Shown: positions 12,432-25,352 of the stretch, one piece after another | How the letters are laid out: the number at the start of each line of letters is the position of its first letter | How positions within the stretch are numbered: the stretch's first letter is position 1 | Program-made: the position numbers and the translations under genes | The notes under the pieces: model-generated | Databases searched by the model: none | Seen by the model: only the letters and a program-made list of their open reading frames with translations | What the model was told of the DNA's origin: nothing | NCBI GenBank assembly: GCA_047495785.1 | Contig: JBLDXI010000043.1 | Span: forward strand, 434,001 to 498,000 | Direction: 5' to 3' | DNA from: Lepidodermella squamata | Lineage: Eukaryota; Animalia; Gastrotricha | Length of the DNA: 64,000 nucleotides

Positions 12432-15400
12432 ATGCCAAGTAGCTTGGTTGGTTTTGTTTTCTTACTCGTCGTCAGTATGGCGGGTTCGGATGATGGCCCT
12501 GCCGGAACCTACTTTGCAAGTTTGCTAAATTACCCGGAATCGAATTTGCAGACGGAACCCCTCGATACTGAGCCAATCCTTCGTGATTCCCCGACGCCTT
12601 CCAAATCTCTAGCTTCGCCGATCAAGCTGTGGATCGGCAACACTTCACAACCTGGGTGGACGGATCCTGGTTTCGTCGAAATAGGTAGGATTACTTCAAA
12701 ACGCGGTTCACAAATTCAATGATTTCATCCCCAACAGTTTCGGTTGTGCGAGCAGAAGTCATGAAGCTTCAGGCCTTCCTGTCCAGCGTTACGTGCATTC
12801 AATTCGAAAATCCAACCTCATTAACACCTGGAGAAGTAGGAGTGGCAATTTTCGACAACATTCCAGATGCTTACAAGTACAATTTTAATTTATTCAGCTC
12901 TTTCCATATGTTGCAGACCTTCTTTGAAGATCAACCCAGACACATCGGTGCTGTTGTTATCGACAACAAGAGATCCGGCACTCCAACAATTTGTAAATTT
13001 GCAATTTGTTTTTGCGTGGTTTATTGCTTGAAAACCCAAGTGATTTGGAAGAAGTATAAAGAAAATTGGCAATGATACAAATTTTCTTAAAACTAACCGG
13101 TATAAATGGCATGCCTAGTTCATTCATCACCTAAACCTAACTAAAACCATTTACCTTGAATTTTTTGTGATTTCTAGTTTGTAATTTCTAAGCTGATATC
13201 ATTAGGAATGCATTTTGTTGAAATATTGACAAATATTGGCTTCGTATCTATGAATTCCACATTATCGCCATTTCCAGAGCTGAAATGGGGAGAATATCGT
13301 CAGCTTGAGCTCGCTTCGCTCGCGGTTGACTAATTTTTTACGAAGTGAACATAGGGAAACGTATTATTGGTCCTGTGTGGTCAGTTATTCTTGAAAGTGA
13401 AGGTGAGGTCCATTTAGGATTTCAGAGTAAGGCTTGATAAGGGTAATTTTGATATGGTTTCTGGGCTGCAAGATGCGTTGCAGCACGAAATCATTCACGC
13501 ATTATTTCGATTCAAATTTAGACTATTTTCAGCCAAAATTATAAAAACATACCGCTAGCTAAAGCCGCCGGGCTTGGGCCGGGACTTGATACAGTTATCA
13601 GGTTGGGCGTTGGTTATAGGATGACCCGAGCCCGGCGACCCAAGCCCCGCGGTGTCCAATTTATGACATTGCTTAAAAATTCATTACAGGGCTTTTGGAA
13701 ATTTTGCAAATTTCAGTATTTTGGGAATTTTCAGCATGAAATCACATTTTTTACTAGATATTTCGACGATTAATTCGTCGCAGGTCATTGTTTTTTCTGC
13801 TTCCTTCAAGCTCCTCTCGTAGCTAGTAAATTCGTAAAATGTGTGCTGGGGACTAATTTATGCTCGATTTTACGCTTTATCTATGGCTTTACCAGACAAA
13901 AATATACGTAATGCCTGTCTTTCGCTGCTAGAATAACGGGGTTGCCTACCGATTCTTCTTTCTATTGGGCTTCAAATCGGAAATATTGCGATCTGACTAC
14001 CACGACTACCTGCAAATCGACCCCGATTTCGATAGAACTCAGTAGGTTTCAGCAAACCGGAATATGTATCATCGACGTATCCGTGCTCTTCCTAGAATTC
14101 AACCTCTACTGCAACAACAACCTGACCTAACCTTCGGCGTGCCATTCGACTACGACTCGGGCACCATAATACCACTCACTGACCCAAACATCAATGGATT
14201 GATAAAGCCGTACGACGCGCGCTACATGTCGACCATCGGCCATCACAACTACATGTCGCATTACGACATACTGAAAATGAACTACCTTTACAACTGCTTT
14301 GGTAAGCAATTTTCGAAATCTCATGATAGTCATGCGTTTAGGGTGACTGCGAATTCCTGGCTCCGCGAACTCGAGATTTATTATTTTAAACGAAGTTCTA
14401 AGTTTTGAAAGTCATTTTTCAGCTGATCCGACTTGCAACGCCACGAAATGCGAGAACGGTGGCTTCCCAGATCCAGCGAAGAACTGCACCGTATGCCAGT
14501 GCCCGTTCGGCTTCGGAGGCCCGCTGTGCGAAACTTTCGCGCCGGCTGCACCACCAGGCAGCTGTGGCGGCCCTGTTGTAGTCTCGCCCTGTAGCAAACG
14601 GGTCATTGAATCTCCGGCTACTTACAGCGCTGGCAGTAGTTGTTCATGGCTCGTTTCGACTGTTAGTTTCTTTCTAAATTTTCGAAGGGATTTGCTCTTT
14701 CTATTTCTACATGAACATGACTTGGGAAAGTGGAATATATAATAAGATATTCTCATCATAATTATTAATCATCAATATCCTCATAATTTGCTAATAGGAA
14801 GCAGATAGCGGCTTGATTTTCGCCTTCGAAAAAAGGCCCGGCCTGCAATGTAACTGTAAGACTAATCTAATATTGATTGGTAAATTCAAATCCTCACTGT
14901 TTATTTTTTGTTCACAGTATTTAGAGTTTGTGACGATTTTGTCCTCATTCGCAATCTTGGCGATGCTGAAAGCTACCCTGGATTCAAGTGAGTCTTTTTT
15001 GACGCAAGTCGCAAATGAAGGATGTAAATTGGTGGGCCAAATAGGAACTCAAAGAACGCGCTGATGAAAGGAAATAATTATTTTAAATAAATACAATTTC
15101 AGATTTTGCGCGTGTGGTGTCAGCAGTGGGCGAACTTTTGTCACAGACAAGCCCCAAGCTATGGTGCACATGCAGGCGATAGTCGGGCAGCAATCGCCGG
15201 ATCAGGGCTTCAAACTCGTTGTCTACGCAACTTGCAAGGGCGTTAAAGCTTCGAACCTATCGAAGGAGATCATCATCACCTCAACCGGTTACGACTACGA
15301 AGGCACGGCCGTGAAAACAACCGTCGCAAATGAGACCTGCAGCCCCTGGACAGAGCAAGCCGTTTACGACGAACTGGACTTCCCAGGTGGCAGTCTCAAC

Positions 15401-16331
15401 GCATCGCTTAACGCATGTCGCAGTCTCAACTCGGGGCCTGGCCTGTCTTGCTTTGTCGGGAATTCGACTACGCTGTCAAACTGCTCCATTCCTGAGCAAG
15501 CACGTAAAAACCTCGCATTTTCTCCTAAATCCTAATAAAATTATTTTCTCATGCAGCGGTGAAAATTGAATCTCCGACGACTCGCTTTTTTCGCTGCGTC
15601 TACGCTCTGACCGGCGAATTCGTTGGCTGTCGCCGGAATAAGTGCCGAACGGGCGAAACCACTCTTAATTGGAAAGCTACTAGGAAAGCCTGCATTCGAG
15701 GCGTAAGTTTCAAGCGCAAAAATCTGAGCTATTGCCGTAATTACTAACCTGAGCTTAGGTAAATTTAAAACGCCAAAAATCGCCCTAAGGTTGGCTTCTA
15801 TTTTAGGGCAGGGTAATACATACAATTAGAGCTCAAGTATTACGATTGTCTTTACTGATCAGCTCATCCGATTCAGGTTGCAAAGCGTTGCTATACGGGA
15901 GATCAATTCCGTTGTGTCGCCAATAGCATGAAGTGCGACAAGCCCGGTGAAATTGAGGTGAGCTGTTTGATATGAAAGCTGCGCTATTCTGCTATTTTCC
16001 GACTTATAGAACAAAACAATTGGGCTATTCAAAACTTACCGCTTCTTCACCCGCAGTTGGCTCGCTTGCCAACACGTCGACGGCATGGTACTGCACAGTC
16101 CTTAGGGCTCAAGTTGCTTTCATTTAAGAGTTTGCATTTTGTAGGAGTATTTCCGGTGTTTCAAAAAAGACTTCGTCGACTGTCGCCGCTACGAATGCCG
16201 CGCTGAAGAAGTGAGTTACTGCTTGCCTTTTGCCTTCATGTTCAATGTAACTTGGTGTTCATTGTTTTCTTCAGACTACTGTGGGTCCTTTTTGGACGCC
16301 GGAAAGTTGCTATGCCGATAACTGGGAATAG
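12432..16331 (+). CDS. Secreted catalytically dead astacin-like EGF-CUB-kringle protein (copy B)
   Basis: Same exon series as copy A (starts MPSSLVGFVFLLVVSMAG, ends GPFWTPESCYADNWE*). Motif exon from 13932 reads NNGVAYRFFFLLGFKSEILRSDYHDY. Third intron is expanded to about 0.94 kb. Confidence 0.8.
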
Positions 16332-17826
16332 CGGAGCTGCTATGACTGAGAAAACTGCATTAAAATAGAACTATCTTTCGTGATTCATTATCGCTTGATA
16401 TATAATCGTATGTATTTTCGACAGAGCAAGTTAACTTAATCTTATTTTCTGACATTCAATTTTGTGGTGCGTTTTGTGCTTATTTAAAAGAAAATGTTAT
16501 TTTATTTTCCGAATAAATCAGGATCGATTGAAACACTTTTTAAAACTTTAAACAGGAGGATTAAAATGGAGGAATGCTCATATGTTGGCAACATTTTTGG
16601 TAAGTACAAGAGTGCGATGAATTCAGAGAGGCGAACTCGCTGTTTTATATTGATGGTATCTAAGATTTCGGACGTGTCAGTCCGAAAATTCGACCCCGAG
16701 CTTAAATTATTCTCTAAAAGAGGGCCGAATTCCAAGATCAGTGTTTGATGTCCCATATTTCGTACGTCGCTTCCTCTTTGTAATACGCCGAAAGTTTCTA
16801 AAACAAATGACCCCCTGGTTTTTTGCATTTTTACACGTTTCAGATGGCCCTGATTCCGATTTTAAAGGAGTGGCAATTTACAAGGCTGCGAAGCCAACGA
16901 ACAACATCGGGATTTGACTTGGCTGACCTCGTTTGAAGTTTGGATAATTGCTGCTTGAGATGCGTAGCTTGCGACAGCCTTAAAATAAGTTGTTCCTGCT
17001 TTCGTTTCCGTGTCATGCAGTCGTAAATAATCGAGAGCCCTTGTTAAAATGGATCAGTCCTTGGCTCGGTGAACTCTCTGCTCGTTGCTCCATGGAGCCT
17101 TCGGTGACTGGCTCGGACTTGATGTAGTCTCGCGTTGAGAGAGCTAGAATTCAGGTCTTTTTCAAGTTCTCTAACTCTGAGCCGGATGACTGGATCCGAA
17201 GATAGCAGAACAGAAAAAATACAGTAAGGAAATTTGAGACAAATTTAATAAAGTACGGATGATAATTTCTTTGCCTCGAATTTTTTCAATAACTCCGTAA
17301 CCATGAGGAATTTTTTGGAGCGGGTTTCACCAGTCGATAGATCTAGTCTGTTATTTTCTTGGGATCTTCTTTTCTGGGGATAAAAAATAATGGCTAAAAA
17401 TGAAAAAAAATAAACCCTGTTACTCAAGATATGGCTTTAGACGGATACTACAGCGCTATTGCTTTTCAAGCCTCATCTAAATCGATTCTGCTATCCCATT
17501 CGTGAGAAAATCAACACAGCATCTCCCAAAAAAATTGATCTCGAGCTTTCAGAGGTTTTGAATTTTTTGCCTTCGACGTGGCTCAAATCACGCAATGTCC
17601 CTATCAAATCCTAATTTTCGCTGTCTACATCAACCCCAGCTGCCGTCCCTAATGAGATTTTCGAACGAATTTAACGGCGATTCGTTCATCGGTCTTGAAT
17701 TCAAGCGAACAAGAAATTTCGGCACGCAACCGCCTTTGCAGTCGTAAAAAATTCCCGCGATTTATTTCTCTGTAAAAAAGGGAATTTAACTATAGACCTA
17801 GAAAAAGCGATATTTTTTTCAAAAGG

Positions 17827-20800
17827 ATGCGAGCGGCAAACTTCGTCGCGATTCTCATCCTTGTTGCAGCTCTCCAAGGTAACTTTTCAGCCTTATTTAT
17901 TAATCATCTTGGTTGGAAAAAAATATTTAAAAAATGTTGCGAAATTCTTGAAATTCTCAAAATAATCCTCTTGTAAACTACTAGAAATCTGATATTTAAA
18001 ATGTTCGATGATTTTTCAACGAGTCAACGAATTTCGGCAGTTTGGTGATTGAAACAGAAAGAAATTATGCAAAATTGTTTCTACTATTTTCATAAAATTG
18101 TGAAAATTCATGGACAATTATTTGCTTTAAGGAATATTAATAGGGTCAGATACGTAATAAATCCTAATATTTCTCCAACCCCAGCTGACGCTTGATTCCT
18201 GTAAAGTGAAGCCTGACTCTATCAACCCTTGGTTTTCGATCTGACTCAACTTTCATGAACGGTAAAGGTAAATAGCCTCAAAGATGAGTTATTATTTCTG
18301 GCAACAGGTACCTTGGTGTAACTAGATTTCGTCAATTATGCATTCCTTCCCTAGCGCTGATATTTTGGATTAATCCAGTGATCTGAGATCGAGGGTTAAG
18401 GATGGGTAGACGATCCTAATCGTCCTAAGTAATCCATTAGGATCCCTGGACGATTGGCAAGCTTAGCTTGGATCAAAGACTTCCATTTGAGATCTGTTTT
18501 CCAGGCCGAAACCTAAAAATCTAAGAAATCACCTAATCCTTACTCCCTATAAAGCTTACAGCTCTGAAGTTAGGAAAAGGCCATTTTGTGAAGTTCGAAT
18601 TTTTCATAATATTATTGTTAAACCAAAATAAATCTAAAAGTAAACGAAGCTCAACCTAACCCATCACTTCGCATCGAAATATAACGAAAATTCGATCAAA
18701 TTTACGAAAATTCAAGAAATTGTAACTGATGAATTGTTGAAGCATCTAATCTTACCTGATGTGTGTTTTCGATGATTTCAGAGCTGTCAACAGCGCAAGA
18801 CGGCAGCAAGCCGTTGTCGGCGAACCGGAACATCAAAAAGTGGGCGATCCGCGGCAAGCTGCTGTTCCTCGGCGCCATGCAGGACGACTGCCTGAAGGAC
18901 GGCACCGAGTGCCCGAACGGCTTCGGCCTCGAGCTGTGGATCTCCACCGGCGGCTCCACTGGCTACCTGGTCTCCAATGGTGGCCAGTCGTCGAAGACCA
19001 ACGGCTTCTACGTCCGTAAGCCTGTCAATGGCGAGTACGAAGTCGGCGTGGCGCTGCAGAAGAACTTGTGGCGGCAGTTTGTCTACCTGAAGGCGAACAA
19101 GACCGTGCACTTGGGCTTCACGTGGGACAAGGCCAGCGGCATGAAGATCTACGTCGATGGTCTCGTTGCCAAGCAACAACGCCAGTCAGAAGGGTGAGTA
19201 GCATTTTCTTAGCTATTTTCGCGACTCTAATCTCTCATCGCTTTTCCACTTATTACGCAACAGCGACAAATAATTTTTCCGATAATTGAGCTTGATCAAT
19301 TTCAAATGAAAATTCGAGAATCCTCGCTCGTAATGAAATATAAAATTGGACGGTACTTTTGGCCGCAGCAAATTTTCACTCTTTTCCGCAGCAAATTTCC
19401 ATTTATTCAATCATGGACGCCAGGTTACGTTTGATAAGAAGCTAATCACGACGCCAGTTGATAGCGGGGTTCGAGGGCTATCGATTGGCACTAATGTTGC
19501 CAAACGAACCCTTTTCAAGTTTCACCAATAGTGTGATTTGTGAGACAAAAGTATGATGACTTCGGACTTTCCATCATATCCCCAAATTAGTCAATCTTTT
19601 ATTAATGAGTTAGGGCTTTTTCGACAGCCCTAATCCTCCTCTATCAGAATAAGTGAGAATCCCAAGATTTGGAGAAAAATTGGAGATGCTGGAAAGAAAA
19701 TAAAGAAATTTGCTGCGGAAAAGAGTATGAATTTGCTGCGGGTTAAAGTATTTTTCAATATAAACGGGACAGTGCCACCGATCTTGCCTCGAAAGTTCCG
19801 CTGCCTAAATATTTGCCCCGCTAAAATGAATTAGGGTTCCAGCACAAAAAAGTTTCCGATTTTTGACAATTTCGGCATTTTCCCCCCGATATTGATGCCT
19901 CATAGATAGTTGCTAAGTTCTCAGACTGATTATATCACAAAAATCACGAATATTCGAAATCGATCGGACTTGGAACTCAAAGAGGCATGTTTTGAGGTAA
20001 TCTAGTGCTGAAGCGTCATAGCTACCAAATCCTAACTTCAGGACGAAGATTTAGCATACCGATGTATCGATGTAAGAGATACATGATCCATCCACTGGAT
20101 TTCTCATGATTCGGTTTATTTTGTTATTTCCCTCGCTTCTCATTAATTTCCTCATTTTAATCGCTGTGTCAATTTCCCGATTTTTCCGATTTTTAGGAAC
20201 CTATGTAACTTTAGTCCGCAAAAACCTGATGATGATACATGGGAATACCTGATGTATAGGCACATTTTCCGGCCCGCCGGTGTTTCCTCCGCGCGCGCGT
20301 TCCTATTGGTTGGCTCGTTTTACGCGTAAATACGCCTCGCTCGCATTTATTGCGCAACAAATAATTGCAGCCCTCCCTCGCGCGCGCGCGCAAGAAAATG
20401 TACAAGTCCGAAATTCAGGAGAATAACGGCGCGCTAGGGGTTGGATATGCGTGGTGGGTGGCATAAAAAGCGAAATTTTCGTATTTTCGCTTTTTTTCAT
20501 TGGTATTTCAAGTTTATTTTAAATTTGAACAGAATTTTTCCCTAAAATAGCCTAAAATAGCGCGCCTAAAATGGCTATTTCCGGTTTATTTTTTTTTAAT
20601 TTTATAATTTTTCATAAAAAAGCGTGTTCTTCGAAAAAAATACATCACATCCTTTCTCTTAAATCAATTTTTATATTCTTATGGCCGGTGTTTTTGGATA
20701 CGAAGAGATAAGTCATCAAATAAAGAGGTGTAGGCCGCCAAGATGCATTCAATTTTGTTGTCGTATTAACAATTCCAAACATCCTTTTCAAGGGTGAGCT

Positions 20801-22904
20801 TATATCTTTGTTGGAAAGCATGCAGCATGCTTGTCTCAGACTTAGCAAACTGACTTGGACTTAGCGCACGGGCGCTCAGGGCGCGTTCGAGTGCGCGCGC
20901 GCGGGGGTAGGCTATAATTATCTTGAAAAGTTGCGCAATAAGCCCCAACCAATAGGAGCGCGCGCGCGGAGGAAACACCGGCGGGCCGGAAAATGTGCGA
21001 TGTATAGAGCTCTTATCGAGGTTTGAGGCTTGTTTTACTTGAAAATTTCCAGCTAGATGAAAGTCGATGGGTAATTCTACTGTAGTTTTTGCATGATTTC
21101 ACAGAATTTCATCGCTACGTAGCAATGAATTGCCGACCCTGTCCATCCTTTGAGTTTTCAATCTTAGAGAATCTTCTTGATGATTTTCTCCTAACTTCCG
21201 TTCTGGAATGGGAACCTGCATATAATTCTCAAACTGGTTAACTGATTTCTCAAATTCCTGCAAATTTTGGGATTTTTCATATTATTTCATACATAATATC
21301 TAATTTGAAATTCGCAGAAACCTCAAGATTTTACTCGCCAAGTGTTCTATTTCAACTCGGTTTTAAACTTCAGCCTCTAGTGGACTTCTCATTTTCCTCA
21401 TGACTGTTTGAATTTTCCTTTCTCTATTTCTTTGAAGTATCGATATCGAAACTAATTTGATCTTTCGCAAATCACAAAGTTGAATAGTTCAGAAATTCCC
21501 TTTTTCGATAAACTTTCGAATTAATTCCGAGAATTGTTTCGCGAACCGACTGCAGCCTTATCCGCTGCATTCTAATTTGTCAACTTCTTCTTCAGACGTG
21601 ACTACTCGAGCGTTGGCGTTGATGCAACAGACTCCGTCAACTACCTGATCGCAAACGGCGACTCGACCCGCTTCCACGATCTATTCGACGACAACAACCA
21701 GCCGAAACCCGGCGCCGAGCTCTTCGAAGTCGTCAACATGACCTACTACTACACGAGCCAGGACAGCGTTGTCCGCGAAATGACCAAAGACATGGACGAC
21801 CGGCTGCTCGTCGCCTGCTACAACAACGTCCCAAGCCAGTACTCGCGAGCCCCCATCCAAATGCCAGCGCCATCCCCCAACAACAACGTAACCTACCTGT
21901 ATTACCTGTGCCGAAACGGCTGTGCTGGTTCGTCGAGTGCTGGAGCTCAGGTTTGGGTGCCGAAAGCTGCTGTAGTCGATAAAACCGGCAACTGCTTCTG
22001 CTCGCCAAGCCCGAGTGGAGCCACTGCCGCGAGCTGCCAAGACCCGGCCACACTACGAGCCCTGTGGACCACCGTCTCCCTCTCAGACCCGTCCTGGAAC
22101 CCAGTCCAGGAACCCGGCCTCCAGGTCATCAGCCCAAAACCAACATGGCGGGTTAATGTTTCGTCGGAAACTGGTAACTTCAGCGTGCCCCAAGCTGCTG
22201 TTTCGAACTCATCATCGAACGTGACTGTTAGTATGCAATTTCTGACTACGGCCAGCAATCCATTCAGCTACTCAGACTCGGCTTCTCAGGTTAAATCTGG
22301 CGTCGTGTCATACACCAACCCTGACGGAAGTCCAATGGCTGTCGACAACACTAGTGCCCGGATTGACATCAGACTGAAAGGAGCCGGCGAAAAGGGACCT
22401 CAGCCTGTGAACTACACAGTTTTCGCACCGATCGCTGACGTTCAAAAACTTCCAATCAACTACCATCGAATCGATCTAGCTGAGAATGACTCTTCGATCC
22501 ATATCGTCGTAAAGCCTATGGATGAAATCACTCAGTTCCAGGTCTACATTCGCAAGGCTGGTTTCCCGAACGAAACTCTATACAACTTCACGCAAGCGCT
22601 GCCGAATGACAACTTCACAAAGTCGCTGAAAGACCCGAAAGTTTCCGACGAGTTGCGCTGGAGTGTTTTCCCACCGCCCACTTTGACCAGGTACAACGGG
22701 TCTTACTACGTCGGTATCAAAATCATCGGAGCTAAGATTGAGCTGCCGTATGTTGCCCATATCTACACCTACAACATGCGGATGTTCACTTCGGGCTGCC
22801 GTTCCTGGGACGAACAAAACGAAACTTGGGATGCCCACCGGTGCCAGGTCGGTCCTATGACCACTGTCTACGAAACCCAGTGCCTTTGTACATTTCCTTG
22901 GTAA
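17827..22904 (+). CDS. Truncated, internally deleted polycystin-1-like paralog (about 590 aa, no transmembrane part)
   Basis: Exons 17827-17878, 18782-19193, 21596-22904 splice in frame and are near-identical to the full gene. A junction near 22158 fuses PTWRVN to SSETG. Ends CQVGPMTTVYETQCLCTFPW*. Could be a pseudogene. Confidence 0.65.
20260..20998. mobile_element. Mutator/MULE-type non-autonomous element (MITE) in intron 2 of the truncated polycystin copy
   Basis: Perfect TIR gcacattttccggcccgccggtgtttcctccgcgcgcgcg at both ends. Exact 9-bp TSD gatgtatag at 20251-20259 and 20999-21007. Confidence 0.9.
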
Positions 22905-23863
22905 TGAATTTGTGCATTCTTCGAAAACTGTGTCATTTCGGTACGCAGCAAGATGTTTGTAACATTATTCCGTCCGATAATTTCGAGATGTTGGCTACAG
23001 AAATGAGTCAGCCAACAGCGCACCATGATAGAATGATGTTGTAATCTCATCCTAATTGTTTGAATTTATTACCAATTTTGTGTGTTCTGAATTTATGGGG
23101 GTGTGATGTTTTCAGTAGGTACATATTGTTCTGAGTTGTTCTAGGAACGCACTAAAATAACTAGTTGCTTTGCATGAGACGCTTCCAAAATTCGGCCGGC
23201 CGAATTTCGGAAGTGGCCGAAATTAGGGCGAGGTCCTCTGCTATTCGAACCAATCGAAAATTGATAACAGTTGAGCGAACATTCCTCTGGAATTTCTGTC
23301 CAGATGCAGACAATGTTGGTCACGAAAAAACAATCGGAGGACTGCCTTCAAACTTTAACTCACTCACTAATCTGCTCCTACGCAGGTGTGACGATGGACA
23401 CCTAGAATGAAATCGTGGTTTTTTCCAAATCATTACATTCTGGGCCAATTTTTCTTCTTCTAGCGACCCTTGCCCTTTGTCCTAAAAATTTTATTCGTCT
23501 TTGAATGTAATAACACCTTTTCGTGTCTGAATACAATGGTTTAGTAGCCCCTTTACGTGTTTTCTAACTCTGAGTGACGAATTCGCTCGCACGCGATTTG
23601 AATTTTTTGCAAAAATTCCATTCAAAAAAGGACCGTAGCGAAGTAGGATCCGGGAGCTGAGGTGTTTTCTAGCATGTTTCTAGCACCCAGCCGAAGAAAC
23701 CAAATGGTTTTTTTAGCTTTCCTCTGTTTGGAATCCCGGAGCTGGGGTACGCGACACCCCAGCACCCCTGTACTTCGCACCCTGGCTGATATCATTTGGA
23801 TATTAACTTCTAACTTGGAAGAGCAGTTTTGACCAACTACAGCCTTTGGCCATTATTTTTCAG

Positions 23864-24002
23864 CTGATCCGACCTGCAACACCACAAAGAAGTGCGAGAA
23901 CGGTGGCTTCCCAGATCCTGCTAAGAACTGCACCGTATGCCAGTGCCCGTTCGGATTCGGCGGTCCGAAGTGTGAAACCTTCGCGCCAGCTGTACCACGA
24001 GG
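23864..24002 (+). pseudogene. Orphan EGF exon fragment of the astacin-like gene
   Basis: ADPTCNTTKKCENGGFPDPAKNCTVCQCPFGFGGPKCETFAP, preceded by intron sequence shared with about 4385-4465. No upstream exons. Confidence 0.75.
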
Positions 24003-24198
24003 CACACTTACTTTTCGAAATCGCATTACAGTTAGAGCGTTTTTGAATTATTGGCTCCGTGAAGTCAGTAGTTTCAGATTCAGTAGTTTGAAATAGGTTT
24101 CGTGTACGGATTATACAATATGCGGGTTGATATCATTTGGATACTAACTTGGACTTGAAAAAAACGTTTTCACCAACCCCGGCCATTAATTTATTCAG

Positions 24199-24437
24199 CC
24201 GATCCGGCTTGTAACTCCACACAATGCGAGAACGGTGGCTTCCCAGATCCTACGAAGAACTGCACCGTGTGCCAGTGCCCGTTCGGATTTGGCGGCCCGC
24301 TGTGCGAAACTTTCGCGCCTGCTTTACCACCAGGCAGCTGTGGCGGCCCTGTTGTAGTCTCGCCCTGCAAAAAAACTATTATCGAATCTCCGGCTTATTG
24401 CAGCGCTGGCTGCAGTTGTTCATGGCTCGTTTCGACT
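24199..24437 (+). pseudogene. Second orphan EGF/CUB-start exon of the astacin-like gene
   Basis: Complete copy of exon 4466-4704 with both splice sites. The downstream CUB and kringle exons are absent. Confidence 0.75.
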
Positions 24438-24666
24438 GTTCGTTTATTTTTTTTCTAAATTCCCGAAGGAATGTGTAATATGTCTTTATGCACACGGTAA
24501 CATTTTATGATAAATGTTAATAACTTTAATAAACAGTAACACGTTCTACAGCTTGGTTAAACAACTTCTGTTGCTGCATTTACTAAATAGAGTCTATGTT
24601 GCTAATGCAGTTGTCTGCGCCGAAAAATCACGACAGGTTCCAATTTAGCAAGGAAACGACATAATA

Positions 24667-24782
24667 CAGGGCGTTCGCGTAATAATACTCTTCTAAAAAT
24701 AGCTTTGCTACTTTTTGCATGCATTTTAGCTTTTTTGTAGCTATTTTTAGCTCGCTCAGAGTATTATCACGCGAACGCCCTG
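24667..24782. mobile_element. Tc1/mariner-type MITE
   Basis: TIR cagggcgttcgcgt(a/g)ataatactct at both ends, flanked by TA on each side. Confidence 0.8.
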
Positions 24783-25352
24783 TACATTTGAAAAACCGAG
24801 CGCGCAATAATATATTCGCGCATTGTTTGGCTGTTAGTTAAAAGTGTTCCGCTGTGCTTCAAATATGTGCAATCTCAGAAGTGCATGATAGGTAAAATTT
24901 CGATTCAACAATAGAAACGTTGTATTAAAAAAAAACGGAAGAGGAATAGATTATCCATCCATCGCTTGGAGGGTTTTTTCAACACAGCAGAATTTATAAT
25001 GAGAGGTGTTCCGCTGTGCTTCCGCTGCTATTTTTTAGATGGCGGATGCTACCAGTGTTCTCTGGTATGCCTATTAGATATTTGAATTTAAAAGTTCTTC
25101 GGTTCAAATTTCGATGTTTCAAAAATGTTATTCATCTGAGCTGTTAGCTTTCGAGCGCTCGCTTTCATTATTTATTTTTTGTATCGCGAAATGTCATCAA
25201 ATTCGAAATATCTTATTTCGCTTTCGAAATTGGAAGTTTTTGAAGTCTGTAATAATTGTCAAACTGATCCATAAAGCATTAGTTTCTTTTATTCATTTTA
25301 CCTCCCGCATTTACTCACTCCATAGGCAGGCTTTAGACAAAATTTGAATAAA

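Noticed and set aside
23630-23790. Possible MITE with gcgaagta...gctg(a/g)ggtgt inverted ends
   Set aside because: Inverted ends are too degenerate and no TSD could be defined.
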